From: an uncultured Candidatus Binatia bacterium | GTDB taxonomy: Bacteria; Desulfobacterota; Binatia; Bin18 | Assembly: GCA_965200965.1 (NCBI GenBank) | Contig: OZ241744.1 | Coordinates: 1,024,001 to 1,088,000 of the forward strand | DNA length: 64,000 nucleotides | Direction: 5' to 3' | Shown here: positions 9,005 through 19,467 of the stretch, piece by piece | Layout of the letters: every line of letters starts with the position of its first letter | How positions within the stretch are numbered: the first letter of the stretch is position 1 | Made by a program: the position numbers and the translations under genes | The notes under the pieces: model-generated | Told to the model about the DNA's origin: nothing | What the model saw: the letters and a program-made list of their open reading frames with translations, nothing else | Databases searched by the model: none

Positions 9005-10659
9005 TGGACGACGCCTTCTCCGCGACCGAGCACGCCCGTCTGGCCCCTTTTTTTACCAACCTGAGCGAGCCGATTTTTGGCTTGCAACTCCCCCAGGAAG
9101 TGGCCGGTGCCCTGTTTTCCCGCTACAGCCGTTCGTCAAAAAGCCTGCGCAAAATTTTCCTGGACGAGTTTCTGGGCAGGACCGACCGGCCTCTTGACCA
9201 ACTCCCCGGCGGCCAGGCCGAGCAGACCGCCGCGCTCCGCGCAGCCCGGGCGTTCTATGAGCGGGTGTTGATCGGCTATGGCGACGACTCGGTCGCCCAG
9301 CTCGGCGGGGCCCACATTGCCTGCGAGCACATCTCAAATGTCGCCGCCAAGCTGCTTGAAGACGCCCGTATCGGGATTGCGCCGCTGGAAAAATCAACCC
9401 GTTACGTCCGCTTTGATACGACCGACCGGGCCGGCGAGTTTCTGTTTGCCAAAGAACCGGCCATCATGGCCTCGTCGCACCGGGACGCCTACTTGGCCGG
9501 CATGCGCCACCTCTTTGAGACCTACAGAGAACAGATGGAGCCGATGCTGGCCTTTATACGGCGCAGCCTGCCGATTGAAACCGCCGTGTGGCACCACCCC
9601 CAGACCGGGGAGCCGCTGCGCCATGCCGATACCGCGTCCGATGCCAGGCTGCGCCGCTGGGCCGAGGGTGCCTATCGCTCCACCGTGCGCACCCGGGCCT
9701 GCGATGTGCTGCGCCACTATCTCCCCGCGGCCACCCTGACCAATGTCGGGCTGTTTGGCAGTGGCCAGGCCTTTGAACATCTGCTTACCAAACTCTACTC
9801 GCAGCCGCTTGAGGAGGGCCGGACCATCGCCCACGCCATGCGCCGCGCCCTTGACGCGCTGATCCCCTCCTTTGTCAAACGCGCCCAGAAAAACCCCTAT
9901 TTGGCCGAGACCCCCGCCGCGGTCCGCTCAGTCGCAGCCCGGCTGCTGGCCGCCACCCCCGTCGAATCCAGCCGGCCGGTCCGGCTCATTGATTATGATC
10001 CCCAGGCCGAAGACAACATCCTGGCCGCCATCCTCTACCCCCACCTGCGCCACCCTCTGAGCCAGCTACGCGGCCTGGTCACACGCCTGTCTCCAGAACA
10101 GCGCGCCGGGCTGTTCGACGAGTACCTCCGCCGCCGGCGACACCGGCGCGACAAACCCGGCCGCGCCCTGGAGCAGGCCTATTACACCTTTGATATTACC
10201 GGCAACCTCGGGCTGTACCGGGACCTCCACCGCCACCGCATCCTGACCCAAGAGCGCCAGGATTTTACCACTGTCCACGGCTACGACCTGCCCCGGGAGA
10301 TTGAAGACGCCGGCTTCACGGCCGACTTTGTACGCAGCATGGACCGCGCGGCCGAGCTGTACGAACGGCTCTACCCTGAGCTGCCCTTCCAGGCCCAGTA
10401 CGTCGTGCCGTTTGCCTACCGGGTCCGCTGGACAATGAAGCTGAACCTGCGCGAAGCCGTCCATATCGGTGAGCTGCGCACCCTGCCCCAGGGGCATCCA
10501 GACTATCGGTCAATTGTCCAGGCCATGTGGCGCGAGATTGGCAAGGTCCACCCGCTGCTGGCCACAAGCGCAACATTCCTGGACTGGAAGACCTACGGGC
10601 TGGGCCGGCTCCAGTCGGAGTTGCGCAGCGCATATAAGCGGGACCTCAGCCCCACTTGA
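9001..10659 (+). CDS. thyX: FAD-dependent thymidylate synthase, long two-domain form
   Basis: FSRYSRS, GYGDDSVAQLG, LEKSTRYV, RDLHRHR, ELRT.PQGH..YR; overlaps BCCP stop. Confidence 0.85.
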   Translation: MMDDAFSATEHARLAPFFTNLSEPIFGLQLPQEVAGALFSRYSRSSKSLRKIFLDEFLGRTDRPLDQLPGGQAEQTAALRAARAFYERVLIGYGDDSVAQLGGAHIACEHISNVAAKLLEDARIGIAPLEKSTRYVRFDTTDRAGEFLFAKEPAIMASSHRDAYLAGMRHLFETYREQMEPMLAFIRRSLPIETAVWHHPQTGEPLRHADTASDARLRRWAEGAYRSTVRTRACDVLRHYLPAATLTNVGLFGSGQAFEHLLTKLYSQPLEEGRTIAHAMRRALDALIPSFVKRAQKNPYLAETPAAVRSVAARLLAATPVESSRPVRLIDYDPQAEDNILAAILYPHLRHPLSQLRGLVTRLSPEQRAGLFDEYLRRRRHRRDKPGRALEQAYYTFDITGNLGLYRDLHRHRILTQERQDFTTVHGYDLPREIEDAGFTADFVRSMDRAAELYERLYPELPFQAQYVVPFAYRVRWTMKLNLREAVHIGELRTLPQGHPDYRSIVQAMWREIGKVHPLLATSATFLDWKTYGLGRLQSELRSAYKRDLSPT

Positions 10660-11317
10660 TCTGATATTCCTGGGCGACGAAGCTCACCGCCAAGCCCAGG
10701 TCAAGAAACGTGCCCCCGTCCGGCCACGATTCGTTTTGAAACTCGGGGGAGTCAAGCATGGCCTGATAGGCCGCGGGACTGTCCACCCACAGCTGGGCCA
10801 CGCCGTCCCAGCGGGGTTCGGCATACTCATAGGCGGCGTCAACGGTATGGCACTGGACGTAGCGGCGGAGCCCGGGCAGACGCTTCACAATCGGTCCGTG
10901 GACCTCCACCCAGTACTGGCGAAAGTCGGCCAGCGACAGGCCGGGTTTGCGTCTGAGCTGAAAAATGCCCTTGGTTAGCCCGGGGCTCTGCGGACCGTCC
11001 AGAATAACCCGGTCCTGGGTCACCAGCCATTCAACCCGGTTCAGGTCAATAAAATTGGGCTCATCGGCCAAGGCCCCATCCACATATTCGGGCACCTGAC
11101 GCAGGGCGTGCAACGCGGCTTCGTCCTCCAGCCAGGCTTCAGCCGCCCCGTCGTAGGGCGAATTGGTGCCGGCAAACGGGATGCGGTGGCTCTGTTCATA
11201 GCGCACCAGCTGCGGAATTCTGGCCGCGATGGGGCCGTGGGTGTCACGCCAGTAGCGGTGGAACTCGGCCTCGCCCAGCGACGGCTTACGGGTAATAAAG
11301 TACAGGAGATGGATCAT
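10646..11317 (-). CDS. Tandem EthD domain protein
   Basis: Two RKP.L...F..YW...HGPI units; YDGAAEAW / WDGVAQLW; RBS AAGGAGG before ATG 11317. Confidence 0.88.
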   Translation of the reverse strand: MIHLLYFITRKPSLGEAEFHRYWRDTHGPIAARIPQLVRYEQSHRIPFAGTNSPYDGAAEAWLEDEAALHALRQVPEYVDGALADEPNFIDLNRVEWLVTQDRVILDGPQSPGLTKGIFQLRRKPGLSLADFRQYWVEVHGPIVKRLPGLRRYVQCHTVDAAYEYAEPRWDGVAQLWVDSPAAYQAMLDSPEFQNESWPDGGTFLDLGLAVSFVAQEYQIKWG

Positions 11318-11516
11318 CTGCTCCCTCCTTATGCGTTGTGTGTTCGGTGTGCTCATGCCGCGCACCGGGCTGTCATTGACAGACGTGATGCCGGCTGGCG
11401 ATGCAGGCTGTCTTCAGACGGTGAGGCCGGCGTCATCAAGCGGAGCGATGACCGGCTCTTCTCCCATAAAAAAGGCCAGCGTGCGCTGGCCTTCCACACC
11501 CAGGCAAGCTTGGGGC

Positions 11517-12704
11517 CTAGGCCAGGGTCGCGGCGTGTTTGGCCTCGTCTTCGGCGGTCGGGCCTTCGACCTTGTAGAGTTTCTGGCCGTTGTCCCACAG
11601 GATTTTGCGGCGGACTTCTTCATTGCAGTCATCAAGACCGTTTTTGATCCGGTCGTGGACCTCAGCGCCGTACAGCGAGGTGGGGTGCGGGAAGTCAGTC
11701 TCGAACATGATCTTGTCCGCCCCGACCTTGTCGATCAGACGCCGGGGGGCGATCTGCTCAAACCAGTAACAGGCGTAGATGTTGCGGGCGAAATACTCGG
11801 AGGGCAACATGTCGAGGTCGGGCCGCTCTTCGGGCACGCGATTGCCCAGGAACTGATAGTCGAGCGCTTCGAGGGCGAACGGAATCCAGCCGATGCCGCT
11901 CTCGACCGAGACAAACTTGATGTCCGGGTAGCGGGCCAACACCCCGGAGACAAGCAGGTCGCTGAGCTGAATGCCGTTGCGCATGAAAATATCGACCGAC
12001 AGCTCGGCAAAGGCGGTCATTTTGCCGTACTTGGCGACCTTGTCGCGCCGCAGCCCGCCGTCCATATTGCCCGAGCCGATGTGAAAACTGATCGGCAGAT
12101 CAAGCTCAACGGCGACTTCCCACAGGGGGTTCCAGTGCTCGTCGCCCAGCAGGGGCTGGCCCAGGGATTGGGGCTCGCCGGTAAACAGAATGCCCTTGTG
12201 CCCCAGAGCGGCACAACGTCGCACTTCTTTGACGGTCTCAGCCACGTCCCAGAACGGGGTTGAGGTAATCGGCAGCAGCCGGCGCGAGTCGGCCGACGCC
12301 CACTCGGTCTGCCAGTCGTTGTAGGCTTTGACGCAGGCGAGTTTCAACTCGGCATCTTCGAGCCGCAGAAACTCCTGGCTGCCAAAGCCACCGACATTGG
12401 GATACATGACCATCGCCCAGATGCCCATCTCATCCATGTATTTCAGGCGTTCCCTGGCATCGTAGGCCCCGGGGTGCATCTCTTCGTAGCTTGTCGGCCA
12501 GCGCATCATGTCGCCGACCCCGGCCGTGGCCGTCAGGCCCGGATTGGCCACCCGGCGGTCGCCGATGAACCACCACAGCCGGCCTTTGGCGTCGGTGTCA
12601 AGCCGGGGCACGGCGTCCTTCATCCGCTCGGGCACCCGGCTTGTCCACAGGTCGGGCGACTCGGTGACATGGGTATCAACGTCAATAATGGTATACGCGC
12701 TCAT
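11517..12704 (-). CDS. Amidohydrolase family 2 protein
   Basis: IIDVDTHVTE, LPISFHIG, VESGIGWIP, MFETDFPH. Confidence 0.9.
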   Translation of the reverse strand: MSAYTIIDVDTHVTESPDLWTSRVPERMKDAVPRLDTDAKGRLWWFIGDRRVANPGLTATAGVGDMMRWPTSYEEMHPGAYDARERLKYMDEMGIWAMVMYPNVGGFGSQEFLRLEDAELKLACVKAYNDWQTEWASADSRRLLPITSTPFWDVAETVKEVRRCAALGHKGILFTGEPQSLGQPLLGDEHWNPLWEVAVELDLPISFHIGSGNMDGGLRRDKVAKYGKMTAFAELSVDIFMRNGIQLSDLLVSGVLARYPDIKFVSVESGIGWIPFALEALDYQFLGNRVPEERPDLDMLPSEYFARNIYACYWFEQIAPRRLIDKVGADKIMFETDFPHPTSLYGAEVHDRIKNGLDDCNEEVRRKILWDNGQKLYKVEGPTAEDEAKHAATLA

Positions 12705-12825
12705 GCTCTTCCTCCTTTGGCTGCCCTTGGCTCACCCAGGTTTTTTTGAGGGCTGATACTATACGAAATCTGCCGGCAGGCATAGACTGGCCGGGCAGAG
12801 AAGTCAACCGCCCGGAGGACAGGGT

Positions 12826-13209
12826 ATGATTGACCATATCTCGATCGGTGTGCGTGACCTGGGGCAGAGCACCAGCTTTTACCAGACCATTCTGGCCACG
12901 ATCGGCCTGACCAAACTGGTCGAGCGCCCAGACACGACCGGCTTTGGCAAAAAATACCCCGAGTTCTGGCTCAACCTCCGCCCGCACCTCAAAGGGGTGG
13001 CCGGGAACGGCGGGGGGCATATCGCCCTGCGGGCCACCAGCACAGCAGCGGTCAATCGCTTCCATGCGGCCGCCCTGCACGCCGGCGCGCAGTCTGACGG
13101 CGAGCCAGGTTTTCGGCCCGAGTACCACGACCGCTATTATGCAGCCTTTGTCCGTGACCCCGACGGCAACCGCATCGAAGTCATGACCTGTGTGGACGAC
13201 AAATCCTGA
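12826..13209 (+). CDS. VOC/glyoxalase family protein
   Basis: MIDHISIGV, YYAAFVRDPDGNRIE. Confidence 0.9.
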   Translation: MIDHISIGVRDLGQSTSFYQTILATIGLTKLVERPDTTGFGKKYPEFWLNLRPHLKGVAGNGGGHIALRATSTAAVNRFHAAALHAGAQSDGEPGFRPEYHDRYYAAFVRDPDGNRIEVMTCVDDKS

Positions 13210-13233
13210 GCCCAGGACGAAAGACCCATCCCC

Positions 13234-13803
13234 ATGTCAGACCGCCCGATCAGCCGCTACCCCGTGCCCCGGCTCGAAGACCTGCCGGAGGATATCCAGA
13301 CCCGGATCGCCGAGGTGCAGCACAAGGCCGGCTTCATTCCCAATGTCTTTCTGGCTCTGGCCCACCGACCGGCCGAGTTCCGGGCGTTTTTTGCCTATCA
13401 CGACGCCCTGATGGACAAAGACAGCGGCCTGTCAAAAGTCGAGCGGGAGATGATTGTGGTGGCCACCAGTGCCGCCAACGACTGTCACTACTGCGTGATT
13501 GCCCACGGGGCAATTGTGCGGATATACGCCAGGAATCCCTTGATCGCCGATCAGATCGCGGTCAATTATCGCCGGGCCGATATCACGTCGCGTCAGCGCA
13601 CCCTCCTCGATTTTGCCGTCAAAATCGCCCGGCGGCCCCAGGACCTTGAGGACGCCGACCGCGACCGGCTCCGCCGGCACGGCCTGAGCGATGAGGACAT
13701 CTGGGATGTCGGGGCGATTGCCGCCTTCTTCGCCCTGTCGAACCGCATGGCGCACCTGACCGACATGCGGCCCAACGACGAGTTTTATGGCATGGGGCGA
13801 TAA
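13234..13803 (+). CDS. Peroxidase-related AhpD/CMD family enzyme
   Basis: GFIPNVF, EREMIVVATS..NDCHYCVIAHGA. Confidence 0.9.
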   Translation: MSDRPISRYPVPRLEDLPEDIQTRIAEVQHKAGFIPNVFLALAHRPAEFRAFFAYHDALMDKDSGLSKVEREMIVVATSAANDCHYCVIAHGAIVRIYARNPLIADQIAVNYRRADITSRQRTLLDFAVKIARRPQDLEDADRDRLRRHGLSDEDIWDVGAIAAFFALSNRMAHLTDMRPNDEFYGMGR

Positions 13804-13849
13804 CCCGGTCGCCCGTCGGCGGCATCTGGCCGGCAGCCTCCCGCGCGTG

Positions 13850-15077
13850 CTACACACACCGCGGGCTGGTGTAGACCGGCAAGCCAAAGGCCCGCCGGCC
13901 CAGCAGCGCCTTGCCCTCCAGGCCGGCAAACGGCTGGTGAATGACCGCGGCCCGGGCATCGCGGTACATCTGTTCCAGGGGGTTTTTCTTGAACAGGGCC
14001 GCGCCGCCGACCATGCGCATGGCCCTGTCCACCACCTGAAGGCAGCTCTCCATCACAAACTGGCAGGCGGCGATCAGGCTGACCAGGTCCTCCCCAACGC
14101 GCCGCTTGAGGTCGGCGTGGGGAGCGACCGCCTGGTGCAGCATGGCGCGCGCCGAGCGCAGGCCGATCTCCATCTCGGCCGCCATCAACTGGTTGCCGGG
14201 GTAGTGGGTCATGGGCTGGTCAAACGGCTCCTGGCTTCGCCCCGCCACCCAGTCCACGGCGTAATCCCGCGCGGTCTGGGCCAGCCCCAGGTAGCACGCC
14301 GGGCCGGAGGCGACCCACCACGAGGCGGTGATATTGGCCAGTACATCCCAGGTCCGGGCCGGACGCAGAATTACCGCCTCGTCAGCCACAAATACGTTGT
14401 TCCAGGCCACATCGTTGCTCTGCGAGGAACGGATGCTCATCGTCTCCCAGTTGTCCTTGACCTCAATGCCCTCGGCCGAAGCTTCCAGGAAGCACAACAT
14501 GCATTGCGGTCCTGTGTCGGGGTCGTCATAGCGGGCGGTGGTCAGGACATAGTCCGCGCCGGCGGACATGGTGCCAAACCCGCTGTGGCCGTTGAGCCGG
14601 TAGCCGCCGTCCACCCGGGTCGCCCGCCGGGTCGTATCGTTGATCCCGGCAAAACCGACCGAACTGTTCATCCGGGGGTCACTGACCGGGCCGCAAAAGA
14701 CGAGCTTGTCGCTGACCGTCGCCCGGAGCAGCTGTTCAAACGCCTCAAGCCGCGGTCCCTCGCCGCGCTGATTCAGCCGCCACAGGTCGCTCATCAGGGC
14801 CACGACGATGTGGTGCATATTCACCGCAATTGCCATCGGCAGGTCGCCTTGTGCCAAGCGGTCTTGGGCCAGGGCGAAATCCAGGGGGCTGGCCCCTCCC
14901 CCGCCCCAGTTCCTCGGGCACAATCAGCGCTGTATAGCCGGAGGCTTTCATCGCCTCTACATTCTCGTGGGGGAAGCTGCTGTCACGGTCGTGCTCGGCA
15001 ACCCGGGTTGTGAAGTCTTCGGCGTGGGTGGCCGCGATATCAAGGAAACGCCGCTGTCGTGTGGTGGCTGCTGGCAT
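13850..15077 (-). pseudogene. Acyl-CoA dehydrogenase family gene with +1 frameshift (or assembly error)
   Basis: ORF 14745-15077 gives N-terminus to ...IVPEELG; ORF 13850-14923 continues GGGASPLDFALAQ; extra base in G run at 14904-14907. Confidence 0.85.
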
Positions 15078-15224
15078 AAGGCTCCTCCTGCACGGATGGT
15101 ATGGCCGGCATTATGGCCGTCCCCCCGCCGCTCGGCAAGGACTGGGCACATGCCGCCTTCTTGCGATTGGGACCGGGGTGTGATTTGACAGGCAGCGACC
15201 AGCGGCATCGTAAAGGAGGATGAC

Positions 15225-16268
15225 ATGGACCTTGGCCTGCTGTTTCCCTTTCGCAACCCCCCTCAGTGGCGCAAACCCTTCCCCGAGTTCTACGCCGAAC
15301 ATCTCAAACAAACCCGGCTCGCCGAGGAACTCGGCTATGACACCATCTGGCTGACCGAGCACCATTTTGCCGAGGACGGCTATTCGCCGTCGCTGCTGCC
15401 CATTGCCGGCGCTATTGCGGCCATGACCAGCCGGGTGCGGATCGGCACCTTTCTGTTGCTGCTGCCCTTGCACAACGCGGTGCGGGTGGGTGAAGACGCG
15501 GCGACCGTTGATGTCATCTCCAACGGCCGGTTTGATATGGGATTTGGACAGGGCTATGCTCCCTCAGAGTTTACGGGCTACGGCATTCCCCGCCGGGAGC
15601 GCGCTGCACGGCTGGAGGAAGGCATTGAGGTCATCCGGGGCATGTGGACCCGAGACCCGTTCTCCTACCAGGGCCGCCATTACGACCTGAAGAACATCAG
15701 CCTGGTACCCAAACCGGCCCAGACGCCGCACCCGCCGATCTGGATTGGGGCCGGCCAGAAAAAAGCTGTTGAGCGGGCTGCCCGCATGGGCTGCCACTTC
15801 CTGGGGACCTCGGACCCGACCGCCCAGGACACCTACGACAGCGCGCTGCGCGACCACGGCCATGACCCCCAAAATTTTCACGCCGCCCAACTCCGCTGGG
15901 TTCATGTTGGCCCGACCCACGATCAAGCCTGGGACAATGTGCAGGATCACTTGCACTACATGCTGAGTTGGTACGGTCGTTGGCTGGCCGAGGCCAGAGA
16001 CTTTGCCGGGGCCGAAAAGTTCGCCCAACTCCCGCCGGCCGCGGAACTGCGTAACGTCACCGATCAACTCATCGGCGCGCCGGTCGTTGGCACGCCGGAA
16101 GAGGTCGGCCGCGAACTCAAACGTATGACCGCCGCCATCAGGACGACCCATATTGTCATGGGCATGCACCTGCCCGGCCTTGACCCGGCCAAGAGCCGGC
16201 AGTCAATGGAGTTGTTCGCCAGGGAGGTGATGCCGGGTCTGCATCAGGCGTCCAGACGGCTCAGTTGA
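15225..16268 (+). CDS. LLM-class flavin-dependent oxidoreductase
   Basis: GYDTIWLTEHHF, RVRIGT, ISNGRFDMGFGQGY, PPIWIG. Confidence 0.92.
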   Translation: MDLGLLFPFRNPPQWRKPFPEFYAEHLKQTRLAEELGYDTIWLTEHHFAEDGYSPSLLPIAGAIAAMTSRVRIGTFLLLLPLHNAVRVGEDAATVDVISNGRFDMGFGQGYAPSEFTGYGIPRRERAARLEEGIEVIRGMWTRDPFSYQGRHYDLKNISLVPKPAQTPHPPIWIGAGQKKAVERAARMGCHFLGTSDPTAQDTYDSALRDHGHDPQNFHAAQLRWVHVGPTHDQAWDNVQDHLHYMLSWYGRWLAEARDFAGAEKFAQLPPAAELRNVTDQLIGAPVVGTPEEVGRELKRMTAAIRTTHIVMGMHLPGLDPAKSRQSMELFAREVMPGLHQASRRLS

Positions 16269-16776
16269 GGAGCTTCATCAGCGTGACCGTCAGGCCGACA
16301 ACGCCAGCCCCCAGGACCCATAACTGACGGTACAAGCGCACTTCCAGGCCGGCCAGGTCGGCCTTCAATTCGGCCTTGGTTTCGGTCAGTTCGGTCCGCA
16401 GTTCGGTGACATCAGCCTTGACCGCCGTCAGCTCGGTCCGCAGTTCGGTGACATCAGCCTTGACCGCCGTCAGCTCGGTCCGCAACCCGGTGACATCAGC
16501 CTTGACCGCCGTCAGCTCGGTCCGCAGTTCGGTGACATCAGCCTTGACCGCCGTCAGCTCGGTCCGCAACCCGGTGACATCAGCCTTGACCGCCGTCAGC
16601 TCGGTCCGCAGTTCGGCCAAGTCGGCTTTCAACCCGGTGATGTCGACCTTGGTCGCGAGGTTCTCGCCCATCGCCGCGCCGACGGTCGCCACAACGGCCT
16701 CGGCCAGCGGTTCGGTCGCCCCGGCTTCCTGGAGTGCCTTGACCGCCTCGTGTGTGTCGAAAGCAAACATGGTCAT
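16261..16776 (-). CDS. DUF1640/CCDC90-like protein with expanded coiled-coil stalk
   Basis: FDTHEAVKAL..AG head, LATKVDI neck, five LRTELTAVKADV units, C-terminal TM WVLGAGVVGLTVTLM. Confidence 0.8.
   Translation of the reverse strand: MTMFAFDTHEAVKALQEAGATEPLAEAVVATVGAAMGENLATKVDITGLKADLAELRTELTAVKADVTGLRTELTAVKADVTELRTELTAVKADVTGLRTELTAVKADVTELRTELTAVKADVTELRTELTETKAELKADLAGLEVRLYRQLWVLGAGVVGLTVTLMKLLN
16386..16640. repeat. 42-bp tandem repeat (5 full copies plus degenerate ends), coding
   Basis: CAGCTCGGTCCGCA(GTT/ACC)CGGTGACATCAGCCTTGACCGCCGT repeated; two alternating variants (TEL/TGL). Confidence 0.92.
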
Positions 16777-16786
16777 GCCGGCCAGC

Positions 16787-17149
16787 CTACTGCCGGCCCG
16801 CCCGGCCCGTCAAGAACAGGGGATGAGCGGGGTGTCGGATTACGCTCCGCTCATCCGACAAGACTCCCTCCATTGCCGGCGAGGGAACGCGGCGGGAGGC
16901 GGTCCATGTTGATGACAGACACTGGACAAGTCCGAATAGCCTGGCGGTAACAGCCAGGATGAGCGCGGACTGCAAGCCAGCCGCCCATTTGAGGGCAGTC
17001 AGGTCGGCCCGAAGCAGAGCAATGTCCGCCTTGGTGGCAACCTGTTCATCAGTGTGGCTGATGGCCGATACGATGGCTTCAGCCTGCGCGGCGTTGAACC
17101 CGCCGGCTTCCAAGGCTTGAACGGTAGCGTGTGTATTGAGGGTGTACAC
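16787..17149 (-). CDS. Short DUF1640/CCDC90-like protein, natural end probably near 16922
   Basis: LNTHATVQALEAGGF..AQAEAIV, VATKADI, LKWAAG...ARLFGLV; the following CAG may be a lost TAG, so the ORF reads through the REP. Confidence 0.65.
   Translation of the reverse strand: MYTLNTHATVQALEAGGFNAAQAEAIVSAISHTDEQVATKADIALLRADLTALKWAAGLQSALILAVTARLFGLVQCLSSTWTASRRVPSPAMEGVLSDERSVIRHPAHPLFLTGRAGRQ
16833..16860 (-). repeat. REP-like palindrome copy 2
   Basis: Minus strand TGTCGGATGAGCGGAGCGTAATCCGACA, near-identical to copy 1. Confidence 0.8.
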
Positions 17150-17195
17150 GGGATTATGCCTGGCAAGGCGAGCGCCTTGCCAGGGGGGGCGGGAC

Positions 17196-18545
17196 TCAGG
17201 CGGCCATCAGTTCGGCCAGGGCCTGGGGGTCGCTGACCGGTGCCGGCTCGCTGCTCCTGAGCGGCACTGAACCAGGGACGCGCTCATATGGGCTGACCAG
17301 GCCGAGCGATTTGCCGTGCTCGCGCATGGCCGGGATAACATCGCGGTTGATGAGCTCCAGGCACCGCTTGCGGTCCTTGGCCGAAACCGGACCGTCCAGC
17401 CAGAAGGAGAAGATGCCGGGACGCAGAATGTCCTGGATCTTCTTGAGCTTGGCGATCACATTGTCCGGCGTGCCGGCGATCATGACCATATCTTTGAGCA
17501 CATCGGGGTAGCTGCTGTAGATCGTCTGCTTGACCCCTTCGACCTCTTCATCGGTCTCTTCAAAGCCGTCGCCGTACAGGGGCTTGGCCGCGGCGTTGAT
17601 GCCGAAGTTGCTCTGGGCCAGCCGGCGGGTGGCCGCCTTTGAGTTATAGCCCGGCGGGAACATCCATTCCGGGCGGGCAAAGTGGGCAAAAGCCCCACCG
17701 TACAGAATGCGTTTGCCCAGTTCCTCGGCCCGCTCCTGGGTATCGGCAACCATCACCGGCTGGAGATAGCCGAAGTTCTCGGGTCCGGCCTGGTAGCCTT
17801 CCCGGGCCGCGGCCCTGGCGTAGAAGTCCCACAACTCCAGGGTCGGTTCCAGGCGGGTAGCCAGCGCCACATAGGGATAGCGTCGCTTGGCGCACCAGAA
17901 GACCGTATCGGGGCTGATGAGGCCGGGAATCCACATCTGGGGATGGGGCTGCTGGTAGGGCAACACCCACGGATTCACATGCCGGAAGTGGAAGTGCTTG
18001 CCCTCGTAGCGGAACGGACCTGGGGTTGTCCAGGCTTTGAGGATGAAATCAATGCCTTCCTCAAAATACTCGCGGTTCAGCGCCGGGTTGGCGTTGTTGG
18101 CGAGCTGCTCAGAGCCGGCCCCGCGCACCCAGCCGGTGACCATCCGGCCCTCTGACACCAGATCGATCATGGCCAACTCTTCGGCCAGACGCAGAGCGTT
18201 GGCCACCGTCGGCACGGGGTTGCCGAGCAGGGCGATTTTGACCCGCCTGGTGGCCTTGGCCAGAATCGAGGCTTCCACATCCATGACCGCGCCGAGGCAG
18301 AACGGCGTGCCGTGGTGCTCGTTGAGCATCACCCCGTCGAAGTTCAGCAGTTCCTGGTCGGTGTAGATTTTCTCGTCCAGATACTGGTTCAGCAGCCGGG
18401 CACCGTGCTGGCGGTCAAACAGACGGTTGGGCGCGCCAAAAAAGCTCCGCCGGCGGACGATATCGGTTTCCAGCTCCTTGTATCTGCTCAACTCCTCTTC
18501 AGGGTCGTAGTGATAGGCCCGCTCAGTAAACCACATGAAATGCAT
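17196..18545 (-). CDS. LLM-class flavin-dependent oxidoreductase (paralog of 61044-62378)
   Basis: FTERAY, MLNEHHGTPFC, GWVRGAGSE, RHVNPW. Confidence 0.9.
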   Translation of the reverse strand: MHFMWFTERAYHYDPEEELSRYKELETDIVRRRSFFGAPNRLFDRQHGARLLNQYLDEKIYTDQELLNFDGVMLNEHHGTPFCLGAVMDVEASILAKATRRVKIALLGNPVPTVANALRLAEELAMIDLVSEGRMVTGWVRGAGSEQLANNANPALNREYFEEGIDFILKAWTTPGPFRYEGKHFHFRHVNPWVLPYQQPHPQMWIPGLISPDTVFWCAKRRYPYVALATRLEPTLELWDFYARAAAREGYQAGPENFGYLQPVMVADTQERAEELGKRILYGGAFAHFARPEWMFPPGYNSKAATRRLAQSNFGINAAAKPLYGDGFEETDEEVEGVKQTIYSSYPDVLKDMVMIAGTPDNVIAKLKKIQDILRPGIFSFWLDGPVSAKDRKRCLELINRDVIPAMREHGKSLGLVSPYERVPGSVPLRSSEPAPVSDPQALAELMAA

Positions 18546-18645
18546 ACGCTGTCCTCCCTTTTGCAGCTTCTCCCGGCCGCTGTCCGCGGCTGGAACCTTC
18601 CCCCTTTCTACCCGTACCGCCGCCCCAATAAAAGAGGGGGGCGTA

Positions 18646-18981
18646 CTAGCTGATGCCTCGCCGGGCCGCCCTCACCCGCCGGATATCGTAGCCGTCAATT
18701 ACCTGCGGCTGACCGAACTGTTCAACAGCCGGCGCAACCTCGGCCAGCGACAGGCTCAGTAACAGCAGGCGGTGGGCATCCGCGGGCAGGGCGTCCAGCG
18801 GGAATTGATCCAGGTAGGCGAAGATGTCTTCCAGCCGGGTCAGCACGGCCTCATAGAACGCCCGCAGCTCGGCCAGACTGCTGGCCTGGCGCTTGTCGCT
18901 GCGTTCCTTCTCGGTTGCCAGGCTCCAGGCCAGCCACGGTTCAAGGTCGCGGAAGGCCTCGGGCAGACCGGATTCAGGCAT
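18646..18981 (-). CDS. Conserved hypothetical protein of the type found downstream of Rieske oxygenase genes
   Basis: LPEAFRDLEPW..WSLATE.ER..KR..SS..EL.AFY, LSLAEVAPAVEQFGQP; ATG overlaps the stop of the upstream remnant. Confidence 0.65.
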   Translation of the reverse strand: MPESGLPEAFRDLEPWLAWSLATEKERSDKRQASSLAELRAFYEAVLTRLEDIFAYLDQFPLDALPADAHRLLLLSLSLAEVAPAVEQFGQPQVIDGYDIRRVRAARRGIS

Positions 18982-19278
18982 GAGCGGCCTCTTTTCTGTT
19001 GTCCGCAACAGCCGGGACGGGCTGACCCGCGCTCATCTGTTCAACCACGCGGCAATATCTTTCACCAGATAGTCACCCGGATTGGGAATCTGCTCAAGCC
19101 GGCCCACATTGAGCCAGACCTTCTTGAAAATATGCTCCCGCTCTCGCTCAAACTGCTCGGCTGAGGTGAAGACCTCGGCGGCGATCGGTCCCCGGTCAAG
19201 GTGGGGATAGCGGTCGTGCCATTTCGAGCCGTTCGCTCTGGCCTGCGGCCTGGTCACAGAGCCGTTCCGTGTCGTCAT
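18974..19278 (-). pseudogene. Rieske ring-hydroxylating oxygenase alpha subunit with large internal deletion
   Basis: FERERE.IFKKVWLNVGRLEQIPNPGDY N-terminus joined at ~19050, out of frame, to a tail RVVEQM...KEAAHA* whose TGA overlaps the next ATG; no Rieske CxH motifs remain. Confidence 0.8.
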
Positions 19279-19467
19279 AGTATTCCTCCTTAGGGTCAGG
19301 TCTTGCAGGGCACCACTCTACGCCATGCCAGGTCTCAAAAAAACCGCCGGGGGCCGGACTATGCAGAGCAGCTCACACGGCCCGGCCCTCTTCCGCAAGA
19401 AAAGCCTTGTCCGCCGACCAACAGGTGGTATACACAATCATACCCGCTGGAGAGAAAGGACACCGCC

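Noticed and set aside
16376-16912. Ser/Val/Thr-rich repetitive plus-strand ORF
   Set aside because: Antisense of the DUF1640 heptad repeat.
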